DNA of 63,845 bases, counting the filler, from Ministeria vibrans ATCC 50519 (Eukaryota > Protista > Filasterea): NCBI GenBank assembly GCA_943704425.1. It is 6 parts of 6 records of this genome, joined end to end, with 100 filler letters (N's around TTAATTAATTAA, not from the genome) between each part and the next. Parts side by side here need not be neighbours in the genome. Positions count along the whole stretch, not along the records: positions 1 to 30,846 come from CALSCP010002840.1; 5 more parts are not named here. The stretch is one strand, 5' to 3'. Both the position numbers and the translations under genes were made by a program. Shown here one piece after another: positions 15,201 to 26,500 of the stretch. Numbering within the stretch: the stretch's first letter is position 1; every line of letters begins with the position of its first letter. A model generated the notes under the pieces. That model made no database searches and was not told the origin of the DNA. It worked only from the letters and a program-made list of their open reading frames with translations.

Positions 15201-17458
15201 ACGGTGTCTGTGAGGAGCGCACCGCTCTCAACGACAGGCCTGTCGATCTTGCCGGCTATGTCTACGCCAACTTTGTCGGTGGCATTTATTCATACTGCTA
15301 CAACATCTTTGGCACCTACTGCGACACAGGTTTTGACAAGAGCGACCCTCTTGGCATTGGTGAGCGTCGTCGCTCGACGACCATGTCACCCTCGGGCCAG
15401 GCTGCTCATGCTGCCGCCACCTCCATGACGCCCTTGTCACAACTGCCAAAGGTTGACACGGATCTCGTGTCGCCCGCCGGACGTCACATCAAGGAATTGT
15501 ACCAGTCGGAGAATGTCAAGGTGATGGCTCGTCGCAGTCTCATTGATTGGATTGACGAGTCGGGTCAGGTTTTTGAGTGTTGGTCTCCCGACCCCGTCCC
15601 TCACATTGCCAAGCTTGAGTTTCCCTTCTTTTCCTTTACCATTCCCATTCCAATCTTCATTGGAATCTCGCTCGATCTCACTGTGAGCGCGGGTGCCTTC
15701 CTGGCCTTTGCGGCCACCGCCGAGACCTGCCCCACTTCCATCGAGGCCACCATCAAGGTGGGTCCGGAGGCCGGTGTCGAAGTCGTTGCCAGTGCCTCGA
15801 TCAATCTGTTCCTCATCAAGGGCGGCGTCCGTCTCAACCTGCGTCTTTTTGACACAAACCTCTGGGTGAACCTGCACGTGTCTATGGCCGCTCGTCCCCT
15901 CTCAACGTGTCTCTCACTCACTTGGGAGTGCGAGGCACTCGGCGGCGAAGTTGAAGTGTTTGTGCAGATCCGCAACAAGATCAAATGGTGCAAGGTGTGG
16001 GGCGTCAAGCTCCCCTGTGGTCTCACTTGGGGCTCCGAACTCAGCGTTCCCATTCCGGGCACCAGCTTTAGTGTGGATGCGTTTGACGGAGAACGCGAGC
16101 TCTGGTCTAATTGCGAAGAGAACGGCAACTTTTTGCCAGGTACACTTATCAAAACAATCGTAATTATTAATGTGTTAATAATAATAATTATTATTATTAT
16201 TATTATTATCATTATTATTATTATTAATTAATTTTTATTTATTTATTTTTAAAATGTTTCCTTCTCTGCTTGTTTGTAGAGGTCCAAACTACGTCACTGC
16301 CGCTGACGCACGAGGATATATCTGAATCAGGAGTGTTTGCCTATGTGGATTCGAACTCGGACAGCGTCATCTGGCGTGTGCACGCCAACCCTAAGGGCAA
16401 GCTTTCTCTTCTCAATCCGTCCACTGGATACTTCCGCTACAAGCCGTCTATCCACTTCTCGGGACAGGACAAGTTTTACATGATTGCGTACGACGGTCAG
16501 GAGGACGGTCCACCCCAGGAGATTACTGTTGACGTCGAGGGTATTCCGGATGCGCCGCGCGTCGAGGTCGAGCCCGCTGTGGGCGTTGAGGGAAACCCTG
16601 CGCGCTTTGTGGTCAACTGGGACATGGTCGACCGCGACGAGTCTGAACTACTTGCTTTTGCCATCTGTAATTGCCGCGAGGAGAACGACACGGACCATGA
16701 TGAGTGGGGTGACGCCTGTGACAACTGTCCCTTTGTTTACAATCCGACACAGGGCGACATTGACGGTGATGGCATTGGCGACGCATGTGATAGCTGCAAC
16801 TTTACGTGCACTCCCCCGAAGAATGGCGTATGCTGTGCGCGTCTCAACGAGACCAGCTACCTCTATCCGCTCTTTCCCGATCCCCACTTCTGCTTCAGCG
16901 ACTACAGCGCTGAAAAGTGCGAAGACCTCGAGACGGTGCATGCTGGTCACTTTATTGTGCTGCAGTTCCACGAGGGCAAGCAGTGCGACGAGGTCGACTG
17001 TGGCGTGCCTCACGATGCCCAGTGTCAGGTGTCCGCCGACGGTCTTGGCTGTACGGTGTGTCCCGACAAGGACAAGGCCGAGCGTGTCTTTACGCTGTTG
17101 TCGCTTATCGACAAGATCAAAAGCAAGGGTAGGCGCATTGTCGCCCTGCGCGACTCCATCGTCGCACTTGAAACCGAGCGTACACGCCTTGATATCCGTC
17201 GTGCCGCCGCCGTCGAGCAACTGGCCAACGCGGACGCTAACCCTTTCTTCCCGCCCAGCGACCTTGCCGACTTCAAGCAGGACCTCGCCGATCTCATCGT
17301 GGACCTGGAAAAGTCCATTCGCACACGCGAGGCGGACATTATCACACTTCAAGAGGAACTCGATCAGTGTGAAAAGGATCTCAAAGGATACCTGTCTGAT
17401 TTTGTCAACGTAAGGCACCAATGCACACTTTACCATTATAATTATTATTATAATTATA

Positions 17459-17506
<48 letters not shown>

Positions 17507-20500
17507 TTTATTTTTATTTTTATTATTATATTCTTATTATTATCTCTTTAATGTAATTATATTAAATTATTTATGATTGCGTAGTCGGCTAAATCGCCCG
17601 TGTGCTGGCCGGTCAAGTTCAAGACAAGCGTGAACCTGGTGGAAGAGTGCAACTGCGTCGATGCCCCGCCCTTCCAGTGCCGTCCCAATGCCAAGCGTGA
17701 CGGTTGTGTGGGTTTCTGTGACAATAAGGACGTGCTCACGTCGGCGGGTGTGACCACCTTTGGCAGCAGCGACTCCAAGATGGTCAACCGTACAGCTCTC
17801 GAGACGGCAATCAAGGAGGACGAAGAGCTGCTCAACTCGTTGGGTGCGTCAGCAGAGCTGCTCGCCGATACGGAGGCGCAACTCGACGCTGCCATTCGTT
17901 TTGCTCCGTCGCAGACGCACCGTGACTCGTACACGCTTCAACTAGCTGACGCCAAGACGCGCCGTCAGGAAATTGAAGCGGAAATGACCACGCTGAAAGG
18001 ATCACTCGAGACCATGCGACGCAACCTGAAGGTTCTTATCGCCACGACGCTCGAGTGCCAGCCCGTGCGCTATGCGGGCTCGGCCGTTGTCGAGTGTGAC
18101 TGTATTGAAGTGCAGGAGCCACCGACGGAGTGTGAGCCGACCAACGACGGTCTTGCCTGTACCGACGTGTGTTCCGACACGCCTGACATTCCCATTCCCG
18201 ACAAATGTGAAGTGCGTAAGATCAGCGGTGTCAGCGACCCCGCCGCGGGCCTCTACGAGACCGACAAGTACGGTCAGTACTGCGTGGGTCGCTGTCCCAA
18301 CGTTCCCACCAAGTTTTGCAAGCCTCTGTTTACCAATGCAGTCAACACGAACGAGCGCGAGCTCAAGGCTTGCGGCTGTGCGCAGAACAAGTGCGAGAAG
18401 GCTATTGACCCTAGCAAAGCAGGCGACCTCAACAACGGCTACGAAATGGGCTACGACATCTATGGTCAGTACTGCAAGGGCGAGTGTCCCGACTGCAACG
18501 GCGGTCAATGTGTTGGTCTCTTTTCCAACAATGGGAAGGACCTAAAGGCTTGCGAGTGCACCACTTGCGATGACAGCAGCAGCGACAGTACAACAACGAC
18601 GACGACCACCTCATTGACTGGTTCCACCACTGACATCCCCCTTACGACTGATTTTAGCAGTGACTCGACTGCGTCGGTACTCACCGGTCTCAACACCAAC
18701 CTGGATCGTCTGAAAGCCCTCTACGGTGTTCTCATCACCCAAAAGTGTCGTCCCGCGACGTACTACGAGAAGACGAATCTGATCAAGAGCTGTTCTTGTG
18801 ACGGCAGCGACGCACCCCCGCGGTGCCAGTTGACGTCGTCTAACTCGGCCATGGCGGGCTACTTCAACAAGGGCTACGACGACGAGGGTCGCCGCTGTGT
18901 CGGCTCGTGTCCCATCGACTCGACGGGTCAGGCGTCGCTCAACTGCAAGGGCACCTGGGACTATTCGACGGGCAAGCGTCTGCTGACCAAGTGCGATTGT
19001 GCTCAGCCGCCAACGTGCGACGTCAACTTCCTCGACGTCGTTCGCACCTTTACAGTGTCGTCGTCGACCAACACCGACGGCACTGTCACTTACGCTATTG
19101 GCGAGGCGTGCAAGCAGCAAGTGAGCAAGCTTGACTTGACCTTCATTGAAGGTCGCGAACTCTGTCAGAAGAGGCTCGGATTATCGTCGTTGCCGGCGAC
19201 CATCAAGAGCTACGAGGTGCTTGGCTGCGGTGTCACCACGCCCTGTGGCTATGGCAAAACATGTCTTGGGTCGCTCTCGGTGCGCGTCTGCTGCCAGGTG
19301 CCCCTGAAGCAACTACCCCGCCCCACCATCACCATTGATCGGTTTGAGTTGCTCACACCGTCGGGCGGCACTTTCAGCGCCGCCCCCACCATTGGCGAAT
19401 TCATGAACTTTGGCAAGCAGTTGTCGTTCAATGTGCTAATTGATCGTGACCGCGACCGTTCCAAGTCCCCAGTGTCCGTGAGCAAGCGCAACCTGCATGT
19501 GGCCCTTGTGGCGTCGACCGACAGCGATCTCATTCCGCAGATGTACGGTCGTCTCGACGAGGACGTGTGTCTGTCGTGCAAGGGTTTGCTTAAGAGCAAG
19601 ACGTTCAAGGTGGTCTCGGGCGGCTCTATGTCGGTTGACATTGAATACTCGTCGTCGCGCAACAAGTACACCCAGGCTGGATCGCTTCCGTCCAATACTC
19701 GCCTCGATTTTGGCGATGTCTCATCGACGTCGTGCAAGAAGGACACGCGCTTCTTGGGTCTGGTCGAACTGTACAACGACGAAAACGGCCAGCTGTGGGC
19801 GACGCGTCTTTTTGACAGCGCCGGCAACCTGGCCACGTCCAAGTTTGCCTATGAGAGCCAGGGCTGCGCCAATGCTCCCTCGGTGCGTCGTCGCAGCACC
19901 AACGAAGAGCTCTTCCATGTGGGCGCCGCGCTGCCGCTTGCCGCCTTCCTGCCCGATTCGCTTCTCTTCAACGCGGTGCGAGTGTCGCGACAACCTGCCT
20001 ATGACAATGTACCCGAACACTGGTCGTTGCTGTCGGGTCGACCCATAGTGTCCCAGGCTGAAGTGCGCGCTGCCGATGATGAATACGAACGCATGGTGGC
20101 AGAGGAACGTGAGCGTCGCTCGTCCAGCTCGTACACCCCGCCCGTCACACCGCTGTCGCAGGCGTTCCCCAAGGGTGTCTGTGGCTGCCTCGGTCTGCAA
20201 TTGCCTACCAACTACACCCTGTACAAGCGCGGCGTTGCGATGGACCCCCTGGAGGCCGAGTACATTACGCCGGAAGACATGCCTTTTATTGACATCCAGG
20301 GCGACAGCGACGACTGGGGCCGTTTCGGTCTGATGATCAAGGGCATCACCATGGAGAAGGACGTGCCCACCAAGGCAGCGGTCACCATGCGTCCTGTTGG
20401 CGTTGTGATTGATCCGCTCAATGATGCACCCTACTTCACTACCGCCTCTTTGCCAGCTTCGGCGACCGTTGTCAGCGGCTCGCACTTTGATTTCCCTGGT

Positions 20501-23500
20501 GAAATGATCAACGATGTGGACGCCTTTGAAGGTGATCTTGTGGTGACGGTGGCGAGCAAATCGGGCCGTGGTCGGGTCTGGCTTAATGGCCAAGCACCCT
20601 CGACGGTGCATGTGTACCACATTGGCGAGGCGCTGCACATTGACGATGAAGTCTTTGGAGAGCAGGTGGTATTCGACGACGTGTCGACTTTCAGTGCACA
20701 CGACGAAATCCAAGGCATTCCTGTTGATGGCAACGGCGGTCAGTACCTGCGAATTCGTGGCTCGCTCGTCGACGTCAATGAAACCATGCAAATGGGTTTC
20801 CGCTACGAGGCGCTGCCCGGTCCCGCCGGCAATGACACCCTCATGATGTCCATTGACGACACCTTCTTCTCGCTGTTGCCGCGTGGTGCGCGTGGCTACG
20901 TCTCGACGTCCTTCCCCATTACCATCACGGCGAGTGCCGCTACAAACACACCGCCTGCCTGGACCTGGTCCAACGGCCTTGTCTTTGTGGCATCGCATTC
21001 TACTGTCGCGCTGACGGGGCTTTCGGTGGTCGAGACGGACGGTGATGCTCTCACTGTGCACGTCAACGTCACTGCTAACGCGCCCGTTCAGTCCATATCG
21101 CTTTCCAACGCCTCGTTTACGTCGTCCACCAGCCTGGTGCTTGAGTGTTCCAATGCGACTGCTTGCAACAGTGCACTGGCCCAGTTTAGTGTGACACTGT
21201 CCTCAGAAGCGTCGTGCCCCGTCTTTGTGCACCTCTCTGTCAGCGAAGGATCCGCCGCCCCAGTCACGCTTGTTGTTATCGTCCAACCACAACAGTTGCC
21301 AGCGCTATTGGCAGCAAGCACCATGGCTGCATCGTCGTCGTCGTCATCATCTTCTTTGCCGTGCAACAGCACTGCACCCGTGTGCGGTGCGACGGAAACC
21401 CGCTCAGACATTGTGCACGCTGAGGATCTCACCCACCATGTGTCGTGCCCCGCCGTCTATTCGGGCGCGTGCCCCTGCTGGTTTGGCAAGCGTCTCGTGT
21501 TCAACGCACAAAAGGTGTACGCCAACGGCTCGGAGTACTCGGGCGCGACCGGTCAGGCACTCTTTGACGGCGGTCTGCTGTTCTTCTCGGGCAATGTGAA
21601 CAACGACAACCCTAACCGATGGGATGCCTTTCACATGACGGTGTATTGCAACGCGAGCAGTTCATCGCTGTCGTCGGTCGCCGCCGACCTGTACCAGCAC
21701 ACGTCTTCGTCGAGTGGCACGCCGCGCATGAAGGCACTCTTCACGCGCTCCGGACCCAAATGTATGCTTTTGTCGCTGCGCACCGACTCTGCGAATGGCA
21801 CGGAGTGCTCTCTGCCGACGACCATGGATGACTCGAACGAGGTTCAGCACTATCTGCTGTGCACTGAGGATGCAGACTCGACGCTGTCGACGTGCACGGA
21901 CGGCGATGTGACGCAGGCGGTGTACCCGTCGACTGACGTGGCATCGCCCATGAATGTGTGTCCGCAGACGCACATTGGTACATGCCCGTGCTGGATGAGC
22001 GACAATGTACCGCAGACCATGGAGCTGTTGTATGCCAACGGCACAGTGATTCCCGACCGCAAGTCATTTGTCAAGTTTACCGGTCGCATTGCGATTGTGT
22101 CAGGCGGACTGGACACGACCAATGCAGGAAACCAACTGACGCTGATGTTCACGACGCAGTGCAACACCAACGACTCGACGGCAACCACGGTGGAAGGAAC
22201 GTTTGATTTTCGTTTGACGAGCAATCCGGAGATTTCGGCTTCGCGTTTGCCGTTTGTGGTGACTCGGAGTGCGGCGGACATTGCGGACGACTGCTTCACA
22301 CTGAACCTGCGTATTGATACGGGCAATGACACGGTCAACAACTGCACTGTGCCCGAGACTGTGCCATTGAGCGGCGCGCCTGTGCCCGCTGCCAATGGTG
22401 GCTCTGCTTTCCTTTTTGGTCGTATCTGTCGCAATCGTGCGCCGTGCAATTTTGTTCCGCCTTGCAACGACACCCCTGCACCCGTGTGCGGTGCGACGGA
22501 AACCCGCTCAGACATTGTGCACGCTGAGGATCTCACCCACCATGTGTCGTGCCCCGCCGTCTATTCGGGCGCGTGCCCCTGCTGGTTTGGCAAGCGTCTC
22601 GTGTTCAACGCACAAAAGGTGTACGCCAACGGCTCGGAGTACTCGGGCGCGACCGGTCAGGCACTCTTTGACGGCGGTCTGCTGTTCTTCTCGGGCAATG
22701 TGAACAACGACAACCCTAACCGATGGGATGCCTTTCACATGACGGTGTATTGCAACGCGAGCAGTTCATCGCTGTCGTCGGTCGCCGCCGACCTGTACCA
22801 GCACACGTCTTCGTCGAGTGGCACGCCGCGCATGAAGGCACTCTTCACGCGCTCCGGACCCAAATGTATGCTTTTGTCGCTGCGCACCGACTCTGCGAAT
22901 GGCACGGAGTGCTCTCTGCCGACGACCATGGATGACTCGAACGAGGTTCAGCACTATCTGCTGTGCACTGAGGATGCAGACTCGACGCTGTCGACGTGCA
23001 CGGACGGCGATGTGACGCAGGCGGTGTACCCGTCGACTGACGTGGCATCGCCCATGAATGTGTGTCCGCAGACGCACATTGGTACATGCCCGTGCTGGAT
23101 GAGCGACAATGTACCGCAGACCATGGAGCTGTTGTATGCCAACGGCACAGTGATTCCCGACCGCAAGTCATTTGTCAAGTTTACCGGTCGCATTGCGATT
23201 GTGTCAGGCGGACTGGACACGACCAATGCAGGAAACCAACTGACGCTGATGTTCACGACGCAGTGCAACACCAACGACTCGACGGCAACCACGGTGGAAG
23301 GAACGTTTGATTTTCGTTTGACGAGCAATCCGGAGATTTCGGCTTCGCGTTTGCCGTTTGTGGTGACTCGGAGTGCGGCGGACATTGCGGACGACTGCTT
23401 CACACTGAACCTGCGTATTGATACGGGCAATGACACGGTCAACAACTGCACTGTGCCCGAGACTGTGCCATTGAGCGGCGCGCCTGTGCCCGCTGCCAAT

Positions 23501-26500
23501 GGTGGCTCTGCTTTCCTTTTTGGTCGTATCTGCNNNNNNNNNNNNNNNNNNNNNNNNNNNNNNNNNNNNNNNNNNNNNNNNNNNNNNNNNNNNNNNNNNN
23601 NNNNNNNNNNNNNNNNNNNNNNNNNNNNNNNACGGGCAATGACACGGTCAACAACTGCACTGTGCCCGAGACTGTGCCATTGAGCGGCGCGCCTGTGCCC
23701 GCTGCCAATGGTGGCTCTGCTTTCCTTTTTGGTCGTATCTGCCGTGCGTCGTCGAAATGCCCAAACACGACAACCGCAGCACCGGCTGTGCCTTTGCCTC
23801 CTAGTGCGCCCGAGCCTTGCTTGCCCTGCTACAGCGCATCTACCAGCGAGCCGTGCACCCCATGTTGTGCCACGACTAACGCAACGATGCTGTCGGGCAC
23901 TACCAACACGGCTGAGGATACGGCGGTGAATGTGACGCTCGCCTTTGCCAATCCGACTGCGTCTCTCGCCGACGTGTACACTGTGCACATTACTTGTCCC
24001 GATGGTGCCATGACACTTCTGGCTGATGCTACCGCTGCCGGTATAAGTGTGGAGCGCCAACAAGCCTGGCCACTGGTTGGCACTGCGAACCTTGCCACGG
24101 ACACTGTCCTGCGCGGCCCCGTCTCGGGTCTAGTGACCGTCCTGAACAGGGTCATGTACACACCCGCGCGCGACGTTGCCGGCATCACGCGTCTCAAGTT
24201 TGACTTTTACGGCGCCAGTGAAGATCTCTCGGCGGCCGCACAGCTGTACGACTATGCTCATTTGGAGCATCGCCTGTGGGTGTCGCCCGTCTCGGATCCA
24301 CCGCGTCTGGAGATACCTGGCATCGTTTTTGTGGACGAAACTACCGAGACACAGTTGTGGGCACTGATGGCGGCGGACGTGGACGACAACGCGGAGGAAC
24401 AAATTGATCTGCTCACCGTCACTGTCACGTCGGTGCGCAACACATTCCACATCAACAAGCCGACTTACTTGGCGATTGCGTTTACCGTGGGCGACGGTAC
24501 CTCGGCTTCCACCATGACGTTCCTGGCGCGTCCCGAGGGCGCAACTGCAGCTCTCAACGAGATTTACTACGAGGCGGGTGGCTGCGTGCAAGAGGGCTGC
24601 TCGTCGGGTGTCGACGAGCTGGCCATCACCCTGACCGACCAGGCCGGCCTGACGGTCACCAAGAAAATTTTTATTGACGTGGTGTGTAAGGCTGAGCCGC
24701 CGCTGCTTGTCACGGACGACGTGACGGGCGACGAGGACACCAACATTACGCTTTCGGCGGCACAAGTGACGCTGCGCGATCCTGAAGAGTTCCTCACGGT
24801 GTTCCTTACGCCGCAGGAAGGCTCAGCACCGTTTTCATTGACACACGGCACTTTGCAAGGGATTACCTGGCAGGTGCTGCCGTCGGATTTGAACGCGGGC
24901 GTTATCAATGTGATCCTCGAGGAGGACAACCATGACAACATTGTGTTTGATGTTGTCGCCTACACACTTGAGCCGTCCAATGGTCGTGTCGCACGGAACA
25001 CCAGCACGTTCACCGTCAACGTACTTCCCGTAAATGACCCGCCCCAGGTGATCATGCCAGCGCAGCAGAAGGGCAAGGAGGATATTTGGTTTGCGCTCGA
25101 TCCCATTCTATTCTATGACATTGACGTCCCCAGCGGCACTGGCTACAACTTTCGAGCAGAACTCTCGGTAAATGACGGCACGCTCAGCTACTACAACCAT
25201 TCGACACCCATGTGCACGTCTGGTCTCACTTGCACCGGCCTCTACACCTCGTCGGTGAGCTTTGAGGGGCCGCACGAAGCCGTCAATGGCATGCTTGGGC
25301 GTATCTTTTACAAGTCGGACCACAACTGGAATGGCATCGATGTTCTCTCGTGCACCATTCGCGACATGGGCTCGGTTGGCTCGGGTCCCGTTGGAGTCGC
25401 CGTGGGCACGGTCAAGGTGACGGTGGAGCCGGTCAACGACGCGCCCTACTTTTCAGTGACGCTTGTACCTGCGCAAAATGGTCTTTGCTTGCCCGACTAC
25501 GGCAACAAAACCTGCTTGCCGCGCATCCATGATTTCAGTCCGTACGAGGATCACCCAGTGGCGCTGCCCGTGTCCAACCCGATTCAACTGGACGATGTTG
25601 ACTCCAAGCCGACCGACTTCATTTATTTGCGTATCAGCGCAGGCCGTGGCAGTCTGTCAATGCCTGCGATTTCATCCACGACGCTCACCTTTACAACGGG
25701 CGACGGCACTGACGATCAGCTCATTGTGCTCAATGGCACCCTCAGCGAAATTCAGACCCTGCTTTCGCTTCTGACGTATACGCCGCTTGCCGACATGAAC
25801 GGCGACGATTACATCGAAGTGTATGCGCGCGACGGTCCCTCAGACGGCACACAGCCCATGGACACGTCACACCAGGAGGGCGTGTACGGCTTCTACGTGC
25901 ATCCCGTCAACGACCCACCCTTCGTCTCCATGACCATGACGCCGACCATGGTGCGTCCAGGACAGCTCTCGATTGGCTCCGTATCCATTTTCGACGATGC
26001 CACCGAGGAACTGTCGAATAACGACGTGATCCGCGTGACACTCAAGGTGTTCAATGGACTCATTCGCATCTCGCATGTGAACGCACCCGTCTCCATTGTG
26101 TCTGGCTCGCAGAACAGTGCCAGCGTGACGATTCAGGGTCCGCTGGACTCGGTCGTGTCCGACCTCCAGTCAATTGAGTACCGTCCCGACGCCTTCCTCG
26201 ATGGCTCCGACTTTGATCACAGTGTCGACTCGCTCGTGGTGACCGTCGACGACCTGGGCCACTTTGGTGGTTGTCCGTCTCCACTGTCGCAAACGCCGTG
26301 TAACCAGAGGACGCGCCAGAACCATACGATTATTGTGGAGGAGTGCACGGGCACTCTCTCGTGGACCACCTTTCCCGTGGGCACCGGTTCAATTGACGGT
26401 CAGGACACTTGGAACTACGCCGACCTACCACCCAACTTTTTTGATGAGTTTGACGCGGATGGCGATGTGGTGCTGGCCGAGGACGAGACGACGCTTGTCT

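Noticed and set aside
23632-23742. Apparent third copy of the 1104-bp repeat and a frameshift across the N gap
   Set aside because: These 111 bp duplicate 23423-23533 and share copy 2's terminal TGC (copy 1 has TGT). Most simply an unmerged overlap with an arbitrary gap length, so not evidence of a pseudogene or two genes.
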